From Bordetella parapertussis (lineage in GTDB: Bacteria > Pseudomonadota > Gammaproteobacteria > Burkholderiales > SG8-41), in contig CAMATZ010000013.1 in assembly GCA_945861275.1 (NCBI GenBank), positions 2,302 through 66,301 on the forward strand: a stretch of 64,000 nt of DNA, in the 5' to 3' direction. Positions 10,094 through 19,752 of this stretch are shown piece after piece. Position numbers and translations under genes: made by a program. A model generated the notes under the pieces. That model searched no databases and had not been told where the DNA came from. It was given only the letters and a program-made list of their open reading frames with translations. Position 1 is the first letter of the stretch; the number at the start of each line of letters is the position of its first letter.

Positions 10094-11068
10094 ATGACTT
10101 CAAATCTTAAATTGCGGGCAGCGGCCGCGGGCATGGTATTGGTGTTGGCGCCGGTAACGGTCTGCGCACAAGGCTATCCTTCGAAGCAACTGCGCATCGT
10201 GGTCGCGTTTCCGCCCGGTGGGCCGCTCGACATCGTTGCGCGCATGATCAGCGCGAAGTTTAGCGAGGCGATGGGTCAATCCGTGGTCATCGATAACCGT
10301 GGCGGCGCGGGGGGTACTATCGGAGTAGACCATGTCGCCAAGTCGCCGCCCGATGGTTATTCGATGGTGCTGTCGAGCACCTCGCTGGGCATCTATCCCC
10401 ATGTTTTTTTGAAACTGCCGTTTGACGCGCTGCGTGATCTGGCGCCGGTTTCGATGGTGACCACCACGCCGGAACTGATGGTGGTGCATCCCTCATTGCC
10501 GGTAAAGAATGTGAAAGAACTGATAGCGCTGGCAAAATCTCGGCCTGGCCAGATCAACGCGGCGTCCACCGGCAATGGCGGTCTGCCGCACCTGGTGCTG
10601 GAACTTTTCAAGACCGAAACAAAAACAGATATCGTGCATGTGCCCTATGGTGGCGCCGCGCCCGCGGTCACCAACACGCTCGGCGGCCACACCCAGATGC
10701 TGATCGCCGATCTGCCGGTGCTGCTGCCACATGTGCAGAGCGGTAAGCTGCGTGCGATTGCGATCACGGTAGCCAAGCGTTCTGCGCTGCTGCCCGACCT
10801 GCCGTCGATGGCGGAGCAGGGCGTGCCCAAGGTCGATGCGTCGAACTGGTACGGCATGCTGGTGGCCGGCAAGACGCCGCGCGACATCGTGGAGCGGATC
10901 AATGCGGGCATCCACAAGGCACTCGCCGACAAGGATCTGCGCGAACGTCTTACCGTGCGCGGGGCGGAGCCCGCGCCGGGCACGCCCGAGCAACTGGCGG
11001 CGCAGCTTAGGAACGATTACAACAAATGGGGCCCGATCGTGAAGGCGGCGGGGGTCAAGCTGGATTGA
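10094..11068 (+). CDS. Bug/TctC substrate-binding protein
   Basis: YPSKQLRIVVAFPPGGPLD, DNRGGAGG, HVPYGG. Confidence 0.92.
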   Translation: MTSNLKLRAAAAGMVLVLAPVTVCAQGYPSKQLRIVVAFPPGGPLDIVARMISAKFSEAMGQSVVIDNRGGAGGTIGVDHVAKSPPDGYSMVLSSTSLGIYPHVFLKLPFDALRDLAPVSMVTTTPELMVVHPSLPVKNVKELIALAKSRPGQINAASTGNGGLPHLVLELFKTETKTDIVHVPYGGAAPAVTNTLGGHTQMLIADLPVLLPHVQSGKLRAIAITVAKRSALLPDLPSMAEQGVPKVDASNWYGMLVAGKTPRDIVERINAGIHKALADKDLRERLTVRGAEPAPGTPEQLAAQLRNDYNKWGPIVKAAGVKLD

Positions 11069-11093
11069 GCGCGAAATCAACTTCAACAGCTTC

Positions 11094-11190
11094 ACCGCAA
11101 AGGCGCAAAAACGCAAAGGTGACGCAAAGAAATTCAAAACTGAAACCTGGTTTCCTTTGCGCTTGCTTTGCGTTTTTGCGCCTTTGCGGT
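11094..11190. repeat. Inverted repeat made of 9-11 bp CGCAAAG units
   Basis: accgcaaaggcgcaaaaacgcaaag...ctttgcgtttttgcgcctttgcggt; related copies at 37107-37205 and 57205-57294. Confidence 0.85.
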
Positions 11191-11245
11191 TGCAGTGTTG
11201 TGCAGCCTGGATTCCTTTGTTACCTCAATTACCCAGCGAGAATGT

Positions 11246-11332
11246 GTAGGGCGCAATCCTATTGCGCCGAATGCAATATCCAAACGGCGCAATGGGACAA
11301 GGGAACACTTGAAGCGAAGCATTGCGCCCTAC
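11246..11332. repeat. GTAG-type REP doublet (REPIN-like)
   Basis: gtagggcgcaatcctattgcgccg...attgcgccctac; inverted relative of 57336-57408. Confidence 0.8.
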
Positions 11333-11342
11333 GGTAACTGCG

Positions 11343-12323
11343 CTAGATCCGCAATAACTTCGCCGCATTGCCATGCAGGATGCGTTGCAGATCGGCAGCA
11401 GGCAGATTTAGCGACTCCACCAGCGCGTTGGGTTGATCCACATCCATCCTGGCGTAGTTGTCGGTGCCGATCACCACACGATCCGAGCCGACGAGTTCGA
11501 TCATGAAGCGCAGCGTTTCCGGGTAATACGCGAGCGAGTCGTAATGAAAGCGGCGTATGTAGTCGCGCACGGAGCCTTTTAATTTTGACGCTGCTTCGAC
11601 CGCACCTTTTTTGATGCTGTGTTCGAAGCGCCCTGCGATATAGGGAAAACAGCCGCCGGAATGCGGCAGCAGGACGTCCAACTTAGGGAATTTGTCGAGG
11701 TAGCCGCTGGTGATGAATTTGACAGCGAGGGTTGCGGTCTCGAACGGAAAGCCCAGGGTGTTGTAAATAAAGTTGGGGCCCGCAAGCCGCTCCGGGCCGC
11801 CGTAGTGATTGGGCTGGCCGTCGAGCGGGTGAAACAGTATCGGATAGCCGAGTTCCTCAAAGCGCGCGACCAGCGGCTCGTACGCGGGCGTGAACAGGTA
11901 ATCGATGCCTTCGACCGAATTGGGCAAATGCACCGCGCGCATGCCGGGCGCGCCAGCGATGCGATCGAGTTCGCGCAGCGCGGCTTTGGGGTCGCGCATC
12001 GGAATCGCGGCCGCTGCGACAAAGCGATCCGGAAAAGTTTTGTGCGCTTCGACGGCCGCATCGTTGACGATGCGCGCGAGTTTGTCCGCCGCGTCGAGCG
12101 AGGCCCATTGCCACGGCATGCCCCCCGACAGCGACAGCACATGCATCTTCACGCCGCGAGAATCCATCCATTTCATGCGCGCTTCAAGGTCATACATCAA
12201 CGGGCTGGGAACGCCGCCCGATACCTTGCCGCCCTGTTGTTCGGCGTATTCCATATAGGGACGCGGTGACCAGTGGGCGTGGGCGTCGATGGAGCCGGCC
12301 TGAGTTGTAGTGTTCTGTGACAT
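11343..12323 (-). CDS. Amidohydrolase_2 family protein (ACMSD/aromatic decarboxylase-like)
   Basis: IDAHAHW, ILFHP, PHSGGCFPY, VVIGTD. Confidence 0.85.
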   Translation of the reverse strand: MSQNTTTQAGSIDAHAHWSPRPYMEYAEQQGGKVSGGVPSPLMYDLEARMKWMDSRGVKMHVLSLSGGMPWQWASLDAADKLARIVNDAAVEAHKTFPDRFVAAAAIPMRDPKAALRELDRIAGAPGMRAVHLPNSVEGIDYLFTPAYEPLVARFEELGYPILFHPLDGQPNHYGGPERLAGPNFIYNTLGFPFETATLAVKFITSGYLDKFPKLDVLLPHSGGCFPYIAGRFEHSIKKGAVEAASKLKGSVRDYIRRFHYDSLAYYPETLRFMIELVGSDRVVIGTDNYARMDVDQPNALVESLNLPAADLQRILHGNAAKLLRI

Positions 12324-12368
12324 ACAATGCCTTTGCAAAAATATCAATAAAATCAAATACTTAAAATA

Positions 12369-13310
12369 TTACCCTGCAATGGCGTAACGCAGCGCCTTGC
12401 CCGAGAAATGCGCGCGCACATCGTGCAGCAATTTTTCGTTGCGCCCTTCGCGCACTTCGCGCGTGGAGGTGCCCATGTGCGGCGCGAGCACCACATTGTC
12501 CATGCGCATCAGTGCCGCGGGCACGTGCGGCTCGTCAATGAATACATCGAGTGCCGCGCCGGCAATGGTTTTATGCGCCAGTGCGTGGATCAGCGCCGGC
12601 TCATCGACTATCGCGCCGCGCGCGATGTTAACCAGAAAACCGTCCGCGCCGAGTGCGGCGAGTATGCGTGCATCGACAAGGTTGTGTGTCGCCGGCGTTA
12701 GCGCGCAGGTGACAATCAGGCAATCCACCGCACGCGCCATGTTTTCGAGATTGTCGAAGTAAGGATACGTCACATCGTCCTTGCGCCGCGGCCCGAAGTA
12801 ACAAATCGGCATGCCGAAGCTCGCCGCGCGCACGGCGATCTCGCGCCCTATTCTGCCCATGCCGACGATGCCGCAGGTCTTGCCGCGCACCTCCACGCCG
12901 GAAGGAAACACACGCGCGGGCCACGCGCCGGAACGCACAAAGCAATCCGCCTCGCAAATACGGCGCATCACGGCGACGATCATGCCCATCGCAAGATCAG
13001 CCACCGGCTCGGCGGTGGAATCAGGCGTGTGTGTCACCGCAATCTGGTGTTCCCGCGCGGCGGCCAGATCGATCAGTGTGAAATAGGGTCCGTAGCAGGC
13101 GAGCAGCTCCAGCTTGGGCAGTGCCGTGAAATGCGCGCGCGTCACTTCCGTGGTGGTGGTCGAAATCGCGGCACGCACCTTGCCGCAGTGCTGCCGGATA
13201 AAGGCCAGCGCATCCGTTGCCGCATACGATTTGTGTACGATGAAGTCGCGTTCCAACGCTGCCAGCGTCGGTTCGTAGATGGCTTTCAGTACAACGATCT
13301 CAGGTTTCAT
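12369..13310 (-). CDS. D-isomer-specific 2-hydroxyacid dehydrogenase
   Basis: GIVGMGRIG, VNIARGAIVDE, LDVFIDEP, APHMG. Confidence 0.9.
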   Translation of the reverse strand: MKPEIVVLKAIYEPTLAALERDFIVHKSYAATDALAFIRQHCGKVRAAISTTTTEVTRAHFTALPKLELLACYGPYFTLIDLAAAREHQIAVTHTPDSTAEPVADLAMGMIVAVMRRICEADCFVRSGAWPARVFPSGVEVRGKTCGIVGMGRIGREIAVRAASFGMPICYFGPRRKDDVTYPYFDNLENMARAVDCLIVTCALTPATHNLVDARILAALGADGFLVNIARGAIVDEPALIHALAHKTIAGAALDVFIDEPHVPAALMRMDNVVLAPHMGTSTREVREGRNEKLLHDVRAHFSGKALRYAIAG

Positions 13311-13332
13311 CAATTGATTTTTAAAATCAATA

Positions 13333-15096
13333 TCAGACCATCAGCGCTTGCTTCTTCAGGTAAACATCCTTGATGCCATCCGCCGCCCAGCACGCCAGCA
13401 TGCCGATGGTTTCGGTGGGCGGGCCGCCGGCGTTTTGCGGAAACGCGCTGCCGCCGACCACGAACACGTTGTGCACGTCCCACGATTGCAGATATTTGTT
13501 GACTACGCTGGTGGCCGGATCGGCGCCCATTGCCGCGCCGCCCATGTTGTGCGTGCTTTGATACGGCACGATGGTGTATTGGGACGGAATCGCGCTCGCG
13601 CCGATTTTCGACGGATTCATCGCCCTGGCGATTTCGATGCACTGGTCGCGCATGAACGCCGACATTTTTTGTTCATTTTGATGCCAGTCGAAGGTCATGC
13701 GCAGCAACGGCAGGCCGTTGGCGTCGCGGTAGGTCGGATCGAGATCGAGGTAGTGGCCGCGATAACTCTGGCAGGCGGCGTGATAGCTGATCGAGAATGA
13801 GCGGCGATAATATTTCGCAGTGGCCGTTTTCCACTCAGATCCCCAGCGCGGTGTGCCCGGCGGCGTGAGTTTGGATTTGATCGGCGTGGCGCCATTGTTT
13901 TGCACGGCAATGTAGGCGCCGCCGACAAAGCCCAGCCCCGACTGGTCGAAGTTGCCGAGGTTAAAGTCGTCGATGCAGGTGCCAATCATGCCGCCACCGA
14001 TGAACGGATTGAATTCCTGGTCGTCGAAGAACACCGACACTTTGCCGCCGGTTTGATACGAATAGTTTCTGCCGACCACACCGGTATTACTGATGGGATC
14101 GTAAGGCTTGCCTATGCCGGACAGCAGCAGCAGGCGGTTGTTGTTGAAAGTGTAAGTGGCGAGCACCACGATGTCTGCCGGTTGCTCCACCGTGCGTCCG
14201 CGCGCATCGATGTAGGTGACGCCGGTGGCGCGTTTGCCGCTGGAATCGAGATTGACTTTGATCACATTGCACAGCGGGCGCAGTTCGTAGTTTTCCTGCT
14301 TCAACAGCGCAGGAATCACCGTCGACAGCGGGCTGCCCTTGGCGCCTTGCGAGCACGCATGCGAGCCGCAAAATCCGCCGCGCAGGCATTCGCCCAGATG
14401 CTGTTTGTAGAGATTGACATAGGGCTGGCTCTGCGCCGCGGACGGATTTTGAAATGGCGTGTAGCCCAGCGACTCGGTTGCTTTTGCGAAGAGTTCACCC
14501 ATCGGCGTGCGCCTGGTTTGCGGATTGGGAAATTCGCGCGAGCGCGGACCTTCGAACGGATTGCCGCCCGCTTGCTTCACGCCTTCGATATTGCCGGCTT
14601 TGCCGCCGACGCCGTAAATTTGCTCGAACTGGTCGTAGTACGGCTCGAACTCGTCATAACCCACGCCCCAGTCCTGACTGGTGCAATCCCCGGGAAATGC
14701 CGCTTTGCCGTATTTCTCGGTGGTCTTGCTGCGCACGACGAAATCTTCCGGCAGCAGGCGCCGTGCGTGACAACCCCAGTGCGCCGCCGTGCCGCCGACG
14801 ATTTCGCCCGGTTTGAACGAACCGAGTTCGCGCATCGGCAACGCGGTCTCACTGCTGTTGTTGCGAAAGGTGAGGGTCTCGCGCGACAAGTCCTGAAAGA
14901 TGTCGCTGTGGCGCTCGTATTTCAGTTCGTCATGTACATAAGGCATGGCAAATTCATGCTGCGGCTCGATCATGCGGCCGCGTTCGAGGCCCACCACCTT
15001 GAGGCCGGCGTTGGCCAGTTCCATGGCGACAATCGAGCCGGTAACACCAGTGCCTACGACAACCGCGTCAACGGGTTTGAGCTTGGTGATGGTCAT
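13333..15096 (-). CDS. GMC oxidoreductase, gluconate 2-dehydrogenase flavoprotein-like
   Basis: VVGTGVTG FAD motif, VVGRNYSYQ, YLDLDPTYRD..GLPLLRMTFDW, YQSTHNMGG, VNKYLQSWDVHN. Confidence 0.88.
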   Translation of the reverse strand: MTITKLKPVDAVVVGTGVTGSIVAMELANAGLKVVGLERGRMIEPQHEFAMPYVHDELKYERHSDIFQDLSRETLTFRNNSSETALPMRELGSFKPGEIVGGTAAHWGCHARRLLPEDFVVRSKTTEKYGKAAFPGDCTSQDWGVGYDEFEPYYDQFEQIYGVGGKAGNIEGVKQAGGNPFEGPRSREFPNPQTRRTPMGELFAKATESLGYTPFQNPSAAQSQPYVNLYKQHLGECLRGGFCGSHACSQGAKGSPLSTVIPALLKQENYELRPLCNVIKVNLDSSGKRATGVTYIDARGRTVEQPADIVVLATYTFNNNRLLLLSGIGKPYDPISNTGVVGRNYSYQTGGKVSVFFDDQEFNPFIGGGMIGTCIDDFNLGNFDQSGLGFVGGAYIAVQNNGATPIKSKLTPPGTPRWGSEWKTATAKYYRRSFSISYHAACQSYRGHYLDLDPTYRDANGLPLLRMTFDWHQNEQKMSAFMRDQCIEIARAMNPSKIGASAIPSQYTIVPYQSTHNMGGAAMGADPATSVVNKYLQSWDVHNVFVVGGSAFPQNAGGPPTETIGMLACWAADGIKDVYLKKQALMV

Positions 15097-15112
15097 TTCA
15101 TATTCCGTACAA

Positions 15113-15224
15113 GTAGGTTGGGCTGAATGAAATGAAGCCCAACAACAACGTTCAGCCCGAAACGCGGGTAGCGTTGGATGACTGGTGTTGTGATGTTGGG
15201 CTTCGCAGGCTCAGCCCAACCTGC
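15113..15224. repeat. GTAG-type REP doublet
   Basis: gtaggttgggctgaatgaaatgaagcccaac...gttgggcttcgcaggctcagcccaacctgc; same family at 47755, 62022, 63137. Confidence 0.8.
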
Positions 15225-15255
15225 GCGGGCTACAAAGTCGACGGGTGTGCCGGCG

Positions 15256-16188
15256 TCACTTTACTTTGGCGTATTTTCCCGTCAACTGCGGCGTCAGTCC
15301 TTCGAGTTTTTTGTTCGCCCGATCCAGCCGCGTTTCGCGTCCCCAGGTGCGCTTTAGATCGTCTTTCACGTTAATGGTCAGCTTGCCGCACTTTTCAACT
15401 TCGAGTTCGATTTTGTCGCCGTCCTGAAAACCGCTCAAGCCCCGGTGATTGGTGCCGGTGGCTACGATGTCGCCGGGTTCCAGTGTGTGTATCGAGGAGA
15501 TCCACTCGATGCAGCGCGGTATGTTGTGCGCCATGTCGCTGGTGTTGAAGTTTTGTTTGACTTCGCCGTTGACCTTCAGTGTGATTTGCAGCTTGTGTGG
15601 ATCGGGAATTTCATCGGCGGTGACGATATACGGCCCGATAGGCGCGAAGGTGTCGCGCGATTTCATCTGGAAAAATACATTGTTGGGCGGCGGCAGGCCG
15701 CGCGCGGAACCGTCGATGAAACACATGTAACCGAAAATATAAGGCATCGCATCGGCGGCTTTGACGTTGGTGGCACGTTTGCCGATGACCAGTGCAATTT
15801 CGGCCTCACCCTCGAACAACGTCGCGGGCACGTCGGGCAGCACCATAGTGTCGCCGTTGCCGATGATGGCGCCCGGCGCTTTATTGAAGGCGTTGATGGG
15901 CGCGGGTTCCGCGCGCGTGCCGTCTTCCATGTAGTTCACCGCCATGCAATCGATGGTGGCGGGACGCAACAGCGGCGGACGGATGCGCACGCTGCTGATC
16001 GGCACGCCGCTGCCTTTGGCGACGGCGTCTTCGAGCTTCGCGCGCCAGGCGCCGAAGTTGGCGATCAGGCCGTTGATAAGATCGTGCGGGCCGGCGTGGG
16101 GTATCGACTGCACCACAGCGGTGACGTCGACCACATTGTCGCCCTTGACGATGCCCAATTTGAAGTCATCGAAATACATTATTTTCAT
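15256..16188 (-). CDS. Fumarylacetoacetate hydrolase family protein
   Basis: EGEAEIALVIG, DGSAR, KSRDTFAPIGP, LEPGDIVATGT. Confidence 0.9.
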   Translation of the reverse strand: MKIMYFDDFKLGIVKGDNVVDVTAVVQSIPHAGPHDLINGLIANFGAWRAKLEDAVAKGSGVPISSVRIRPPLLRPATIDCMAVNYMEDGTRAEPAPINAFNKAPGAIIGNGDTMVLPDVPATLFEGEAEIALVIGKRATNVKAADAMPYIFGYMCFIDGSARGLPPPNNVFFQMKSRDTFAPIGPYIVTADEIPDPHKLQITLKVNGEVKQNFNTSDMAHNIPRCIEWISSIHTLEPGDIVATGTNHRGLSGFQDGDKIELEVEKCGKLTINVKDDLKRTWGRETRLDRANKKLEGLTPQLTGKYAKVK

Positions 16189-16348
16189 GGCTGTTCCTTT
16201 GGTTGAGTGTAAAAAAGATTCAAGCAGCGACAGCGGCGCGCACCGCGCTTGAAGATATCTCGCGGTTATCGCGCTGGGGCAGGGTGATCAAAGCGGCTAA
16301 AATACAGCCCGAGTATATTCAAAAATCAGGTTGCCAGTCCAGTTACCC

Positions 16349-17557
16349 ATGAACGCGCCGAATCACACTACCCCCAGTTTCGCCGGCGTTTCCTGCGACG
16401 ACACCCTGCGTCGGGCCCGCGATCTGGTGCCCGCGCTGCGCAGCCGTGCCGCACAAGCCGAAGCCGCGCGCGTGATGCTGCCGGAAACGGTGAGCGACCT
16501 TCAGCGTATCGGCGCGCTGCGCATCCTCCAGCCCCAACGCTGGGGCGGCATGGAACTCGATTTCATCTCCTATATCGATGTGCCGATGGAACTGGCGCGC
16601 GGCTGCGCATCAACCAGCTGGAATGTGGTCAATCTCTCCATCCACAACTGGATGCTCGCGCTGTACGAGGAGCGCGCGCAAGCTGATGTGTGGGATGCCG
16701 ACCCACAGGCCCTGATCGCGGCGGGCATTGCGTTTCCGCAGGGGCGCGCGCGCAAGGCCGATGGGGGTTATGTGATCAGCGGCAAGTGGAATTTCTCCAG
16801 CGGCGTGAATATCGCCGAGTGGTGCATGCTGGCGGTCACTGTGCGGGACACGGATCAAGTGATCGATCACCGCATGTGCCTGCTCGACAAATCGCAGTAC
16901 CAGGTGGTGGACGACTGGCACACGCTGGGCATGCGCTCCACCGGCAGCATGACGGTGATCGCCAAAGACATTTTTGTGCCGGCATACCGCGCGCTGTGCA
17001 TGTACGACATCCGCGGCGGCGATGGGTTTCCCGGCGCCAGGGGCAACCCTAATCCGCTGTATCGCATGTCGCTCACCGCACTCGGCGGCCACGGCATCGC
17101 CGCCACGGCGGTGGGCAACGCCATGGCCGCGCTGGAACATACGCTGGCGCTGGTGAAGGAGCGCAGCACCAACTACACCGGCTTGAAAATGCGCGACCAG
17201 CAGATCGTGCAACATCGCGTAGCCATGGCCGGCGCGAAAATCGATTCCGCGCAGCTCATGCTGCGCAGCGATGCGCTTGAGGCGCAGGCACAAGCGAAAA
17301 AAAACGTGATTCCCGACCAGGAGAAAAAGCTGCGCTACCGGCGCAACGCCGCGTATGCCGCCACCCTGTGCACCGAAGCCGTGGATGCGCTGCACAGCGT
17401 CACCGGCGCCACCGGCATCTACCAGTCGTATCCGCTGGAGCGCATCTTCCGCGACGCGCATGCGCTGGGGGCGCATATCAGCCTTAATTTTGATGCACAG
17501 GCGCCGTCGTGGGGACTGGTGGCCTTGGGCGGGGAAGTTGAAAATCCCACGCTGTAG
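16349..17557 (+). CDS. ACAD-fold flavin-dependent monooxygenase (HsaA/DszC-like), paralog 1
   Basis: QPQRWGG, GKWNFSSG, DDWHTLGMRSTGS, ERIFRDAH. Confidence 0.85.
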   Translation: MNAPNHTTPSFAGVSCDDTLRRARDLVPALRSRAAQAEAARVMLPETVSDLQRIGALRILQPQRWGGMELDFISYIDVPMELARGCASTSWNVVNLSIHNWMLALYEERAQADVWDADPQALIAAGIAFPQGRARKADGGYVISGKWNFSSGVNIAEWCMLAVTVRDTDQVIDHRMCLLDKSQYQVVDDWHTLGMRSTGSMTVIAKDIFVPAYRALCMYDIRGGDGFPGARGNPNPLYRMSLTALGGHGIAATAVGNAMAALEHTLALVKERSTNYTGLKMRDQQIVQHRVAMAGAKIDSAQLMLRSDALEAQAQAKKNVIPDQEKKLRYRRNAAYAATLCTEAVDALHSVTGATGIYQSYPLERIFRDAHALGAHISLNFDAQAPSWGLVALGGEVENPTL

Positions 17558-17656
17558 GGCGGGTTAGGCGCCGCTGTACGGCATCGTAACCCGCCGTTCG
17601 GCCGTGGCGTGCGCGCGGCGGGTTACGGCGCAAAGGGCGCGCCTGACCTGCCCTAC
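17554..17656. repeat. GTAG-type REP doublet overlapping the TAG stop codon
   Basis: gtagggcgggttagg...taacccgcc...ggcgggttac...ctgacctgccctac between convergent genes. Confidence 0.8.
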
Positions 17657-17665
17657 GGATCGCGG

Positions 17666-19486
17666 TCAGGCGCCCGGTGCGGTTTTCTGATCCAGCGCTT
17701 CCCAGCGCTCATATTTCTTCGCCAGCCGCTGTCCGATTTCACCCGTGCGCTTGTTATCGGCTTTGATCGCTTCGGCGCCCTGCTTGTGGTAATCGGCGCT
17801 ACTCATGCGTGCGGTCAGGGCTTGTTGTTCCTGCTCCAGCGCTTCGATTTCGCCGGGCAGCGCGTCGAGTTCACGCTGTTCCTTGAAGCTCATTTTGGCT
17901 TTGGGTTTCTCGCGCGAGGCAGCCTGCGGCTTGATGTCAGATGATGCGGCAATAGCGGGCGGCGTCCGCTGCGCCAGCCAGTCGCTGTAGCCGCCGACGT
18001 ATTCCTTCCACTTGCCATTGCCTTCGGCTACCAGCGTTTGCGTGACGATGTTATCCAGAAACGCGCGGTCGTGGCTTACCAGCAGCAGCGTGCCGGCGTA
18101 GCTTTGCAGGGTATCTTCGAGAAGCTCGAGCGATTCGATGTCAAGATCATTGGTGGGTTCGTCGAGTACCAGCAGGTTGGCGGGCTGCGCGAACAATCGT
18201 GCCAGCAGCAGGCGGTTGCGTTCACCGCCGGAGAGCATTTTGACGGGCGCCTGCGCGCGTTGCGGCGGGAACAGAAAGTCGTTGAGGTAGCTCATGACGT
18301 GCTTGCGGCCATTGGCGGTTTCCACCCATTCGGAACCGGGGCTGATGGTTTCAACGAGTGTGCGCTCGGGATCGAGCTGCGCGCGCATTTGGTCGAAGTA
18401 AGCAATTTGCAGATTGGTGCCCAGGCGCACGCTGCCCGCCTCAGGCGTCAGCGTGCCGAGTATCAGCTTAATCAGTGTCGATTTGCCCGCGCCGTTGGGT
18501 CCGATGAAACCAAACCTGTCGCCGCGCATGATGCGTAACGACAGATGGCTGACCACGGTGTTGTCGGCAGAGTCACCGGCGTTGCGAAAGCGCTTGCTGA
18601 CATCGATGAGTTCGGCCACCAGTTTGCCGGAACGTTCTCCTGCATCCAGCGCGAGCTGCACTTTGCCCAGACGTTCGCGCCGCGCGGCGCGTTCATTGCG
18701 CAGCGCTTCCAGCCGGCGCACACGCCCTTCGTTGCGGGTGCGGCGTGCCTGGATGCCCTTGCGTATCCACACTTCCTCCTGCGCCCAGAATTTGTCGAAC
18801 TTGCGGTTCATCACTTCTTCCGCCGCGAGCTGATCAGCCTTGCGCGTCTCGTAGGCCGCGAAGTTGCCGGGGTAGGAACGCAGCAGCCCGCGATCGAGTT
18901 CGACGATGCGCGTGGCGACTCGATCCAGAAACGCGCGGTCATGGGTGATGATGATCATGGACTTGACCGGGCCCGACAGCAGCAGGTCTTCCAGCAGCGT
19001 AATGCCGTCGATGTCGAGGTGATTGGTCGGTTCATCGAGCAGCAGCAGATCGGGTTTTTTCGCCAGCGCGAGCGCCAGCATGGCGCGTTTGCGTTCGCCG
19101 CCGGAAGCGGTGGCGGTGGGCCGATTTTCATCGAGCTCGAAGCGATGCAAAAATTCGGTGAGCCGCGCCTCGGCGGCCCAGCGCTCGCGCTCGTCGTGCA
19201 GCGCTTCGAATCCGGCACACAGCGCGAGACTCTCGCGCAATGTGGGTGCCTCCGGCGGCGCGGATTCCTGTTCGACCATGGCGATGCGCAAGCCATCGTC
19301 GCCTCCCAACACGCCGTCGTCCAGCGCAAGCTGGCCGGCGATGATTTTCAGCAGTGATGATTTGCCGCTGCCGTTACGCCCGATGAGACCAATGCGTTCA
19401 TTGGGCTGCACGGTGAGGTTGGCGCGGTCGAGCAGCGGGGTAAGGCCGAAGGCGAGTTCGGCGTCTTGCAGGGTAAGCAGGGCCAT
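17666..19486 (-). CDS. uup: ABC-F family ATPase Uup
   Basis: Two ABC cassettes (GRNGSGKS, GPNGAGKS), WIRKGIQARRTRNEGRVRRL linker, C-terminal coiled coil. Confidence 0.9.
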   Translation of the reverse strand: MALLTLQDAELAFGLTPLLDRANLTVQPNERIGLIGRNGSGKSSLLKIIAGQLALDDGVLGGDDGLRIAMVEQESAPPEAPTLRESLALCAGFEALHDERERWAAEARLTEFLHRFELDENRPTATASGGERKRAMLALALAKKPDLLLLDEPTNHLDIDGITLLEDLLLSGPVKSMIIITHDRAFLDRVATRIVELDRGLLRSYPGNFAAYETRKADQLAAEEVMNRKFDKFWAQEEVWIRKGIQARRTRNEGRVRRLEALRNERAARRERLGKVQLALDAGERSGKLVAELIDVSKRFRNAGDSADNTVVSHLSLRIMRGDRFGFIGPNGAGKSTLIKLILGTLTPEAGSVRLGTNLQIAYFDQMRAQLDPERTLVETISPGSEWVETANGRKHVMSYLNDFLFPPQRAQAPVKMLSGGERNRLLLARLFAQPANLLVLDEPTNDLDIESLELLEDTLQSYAGTLLLVSHDRAFLDNIVTQTLVAEGNGKWKEYVGGYSDWLAQRTPPAIAASSDIKPQAASREKPKAKMSFKEQRELDALPGEIEALEQEQQALTARMSSADYHKQGAEAIKADNKRTGEIGQRLAKKYERWEALDQKTAPGA

Positions 19487-19505
19487 GGCGCTAAAAACCT
19501 TTTTT

Positions 19506-19727
19506 GCCACAGAGAGCACAGAGGAGCACAGAGGAAAACCCGCCAATCCCGTCATTCTGGCGAACGCCGGTATCCCCTTCCCTTGAGGGAAGGTAGGTTG
19601 GGTGCGCTAAGCCCAATCCGAAGGATCTCGATTCAAGATGCTTCGCATGATTGCACGCACTGGATACCGGCCTCCGCCGGAATGACGAGGAATTGTATGC
19701 TCTGCGATCCTCTGCTTCCTCTGTGGC
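19506..19727. repeat. Nested composite palindromic element
   Basis: Outer gccacagag.../...ctctgtggc arms enclose a CGTC-type pair (19550-19687), which encloses a ccttccc-ttga-gggaagg hairpin and a 33-bp core shared with 39192-39224. Confidence 0.8.
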
Positions 19728-19752
19728 TAATGTATTTTGTAACTTACTATTT

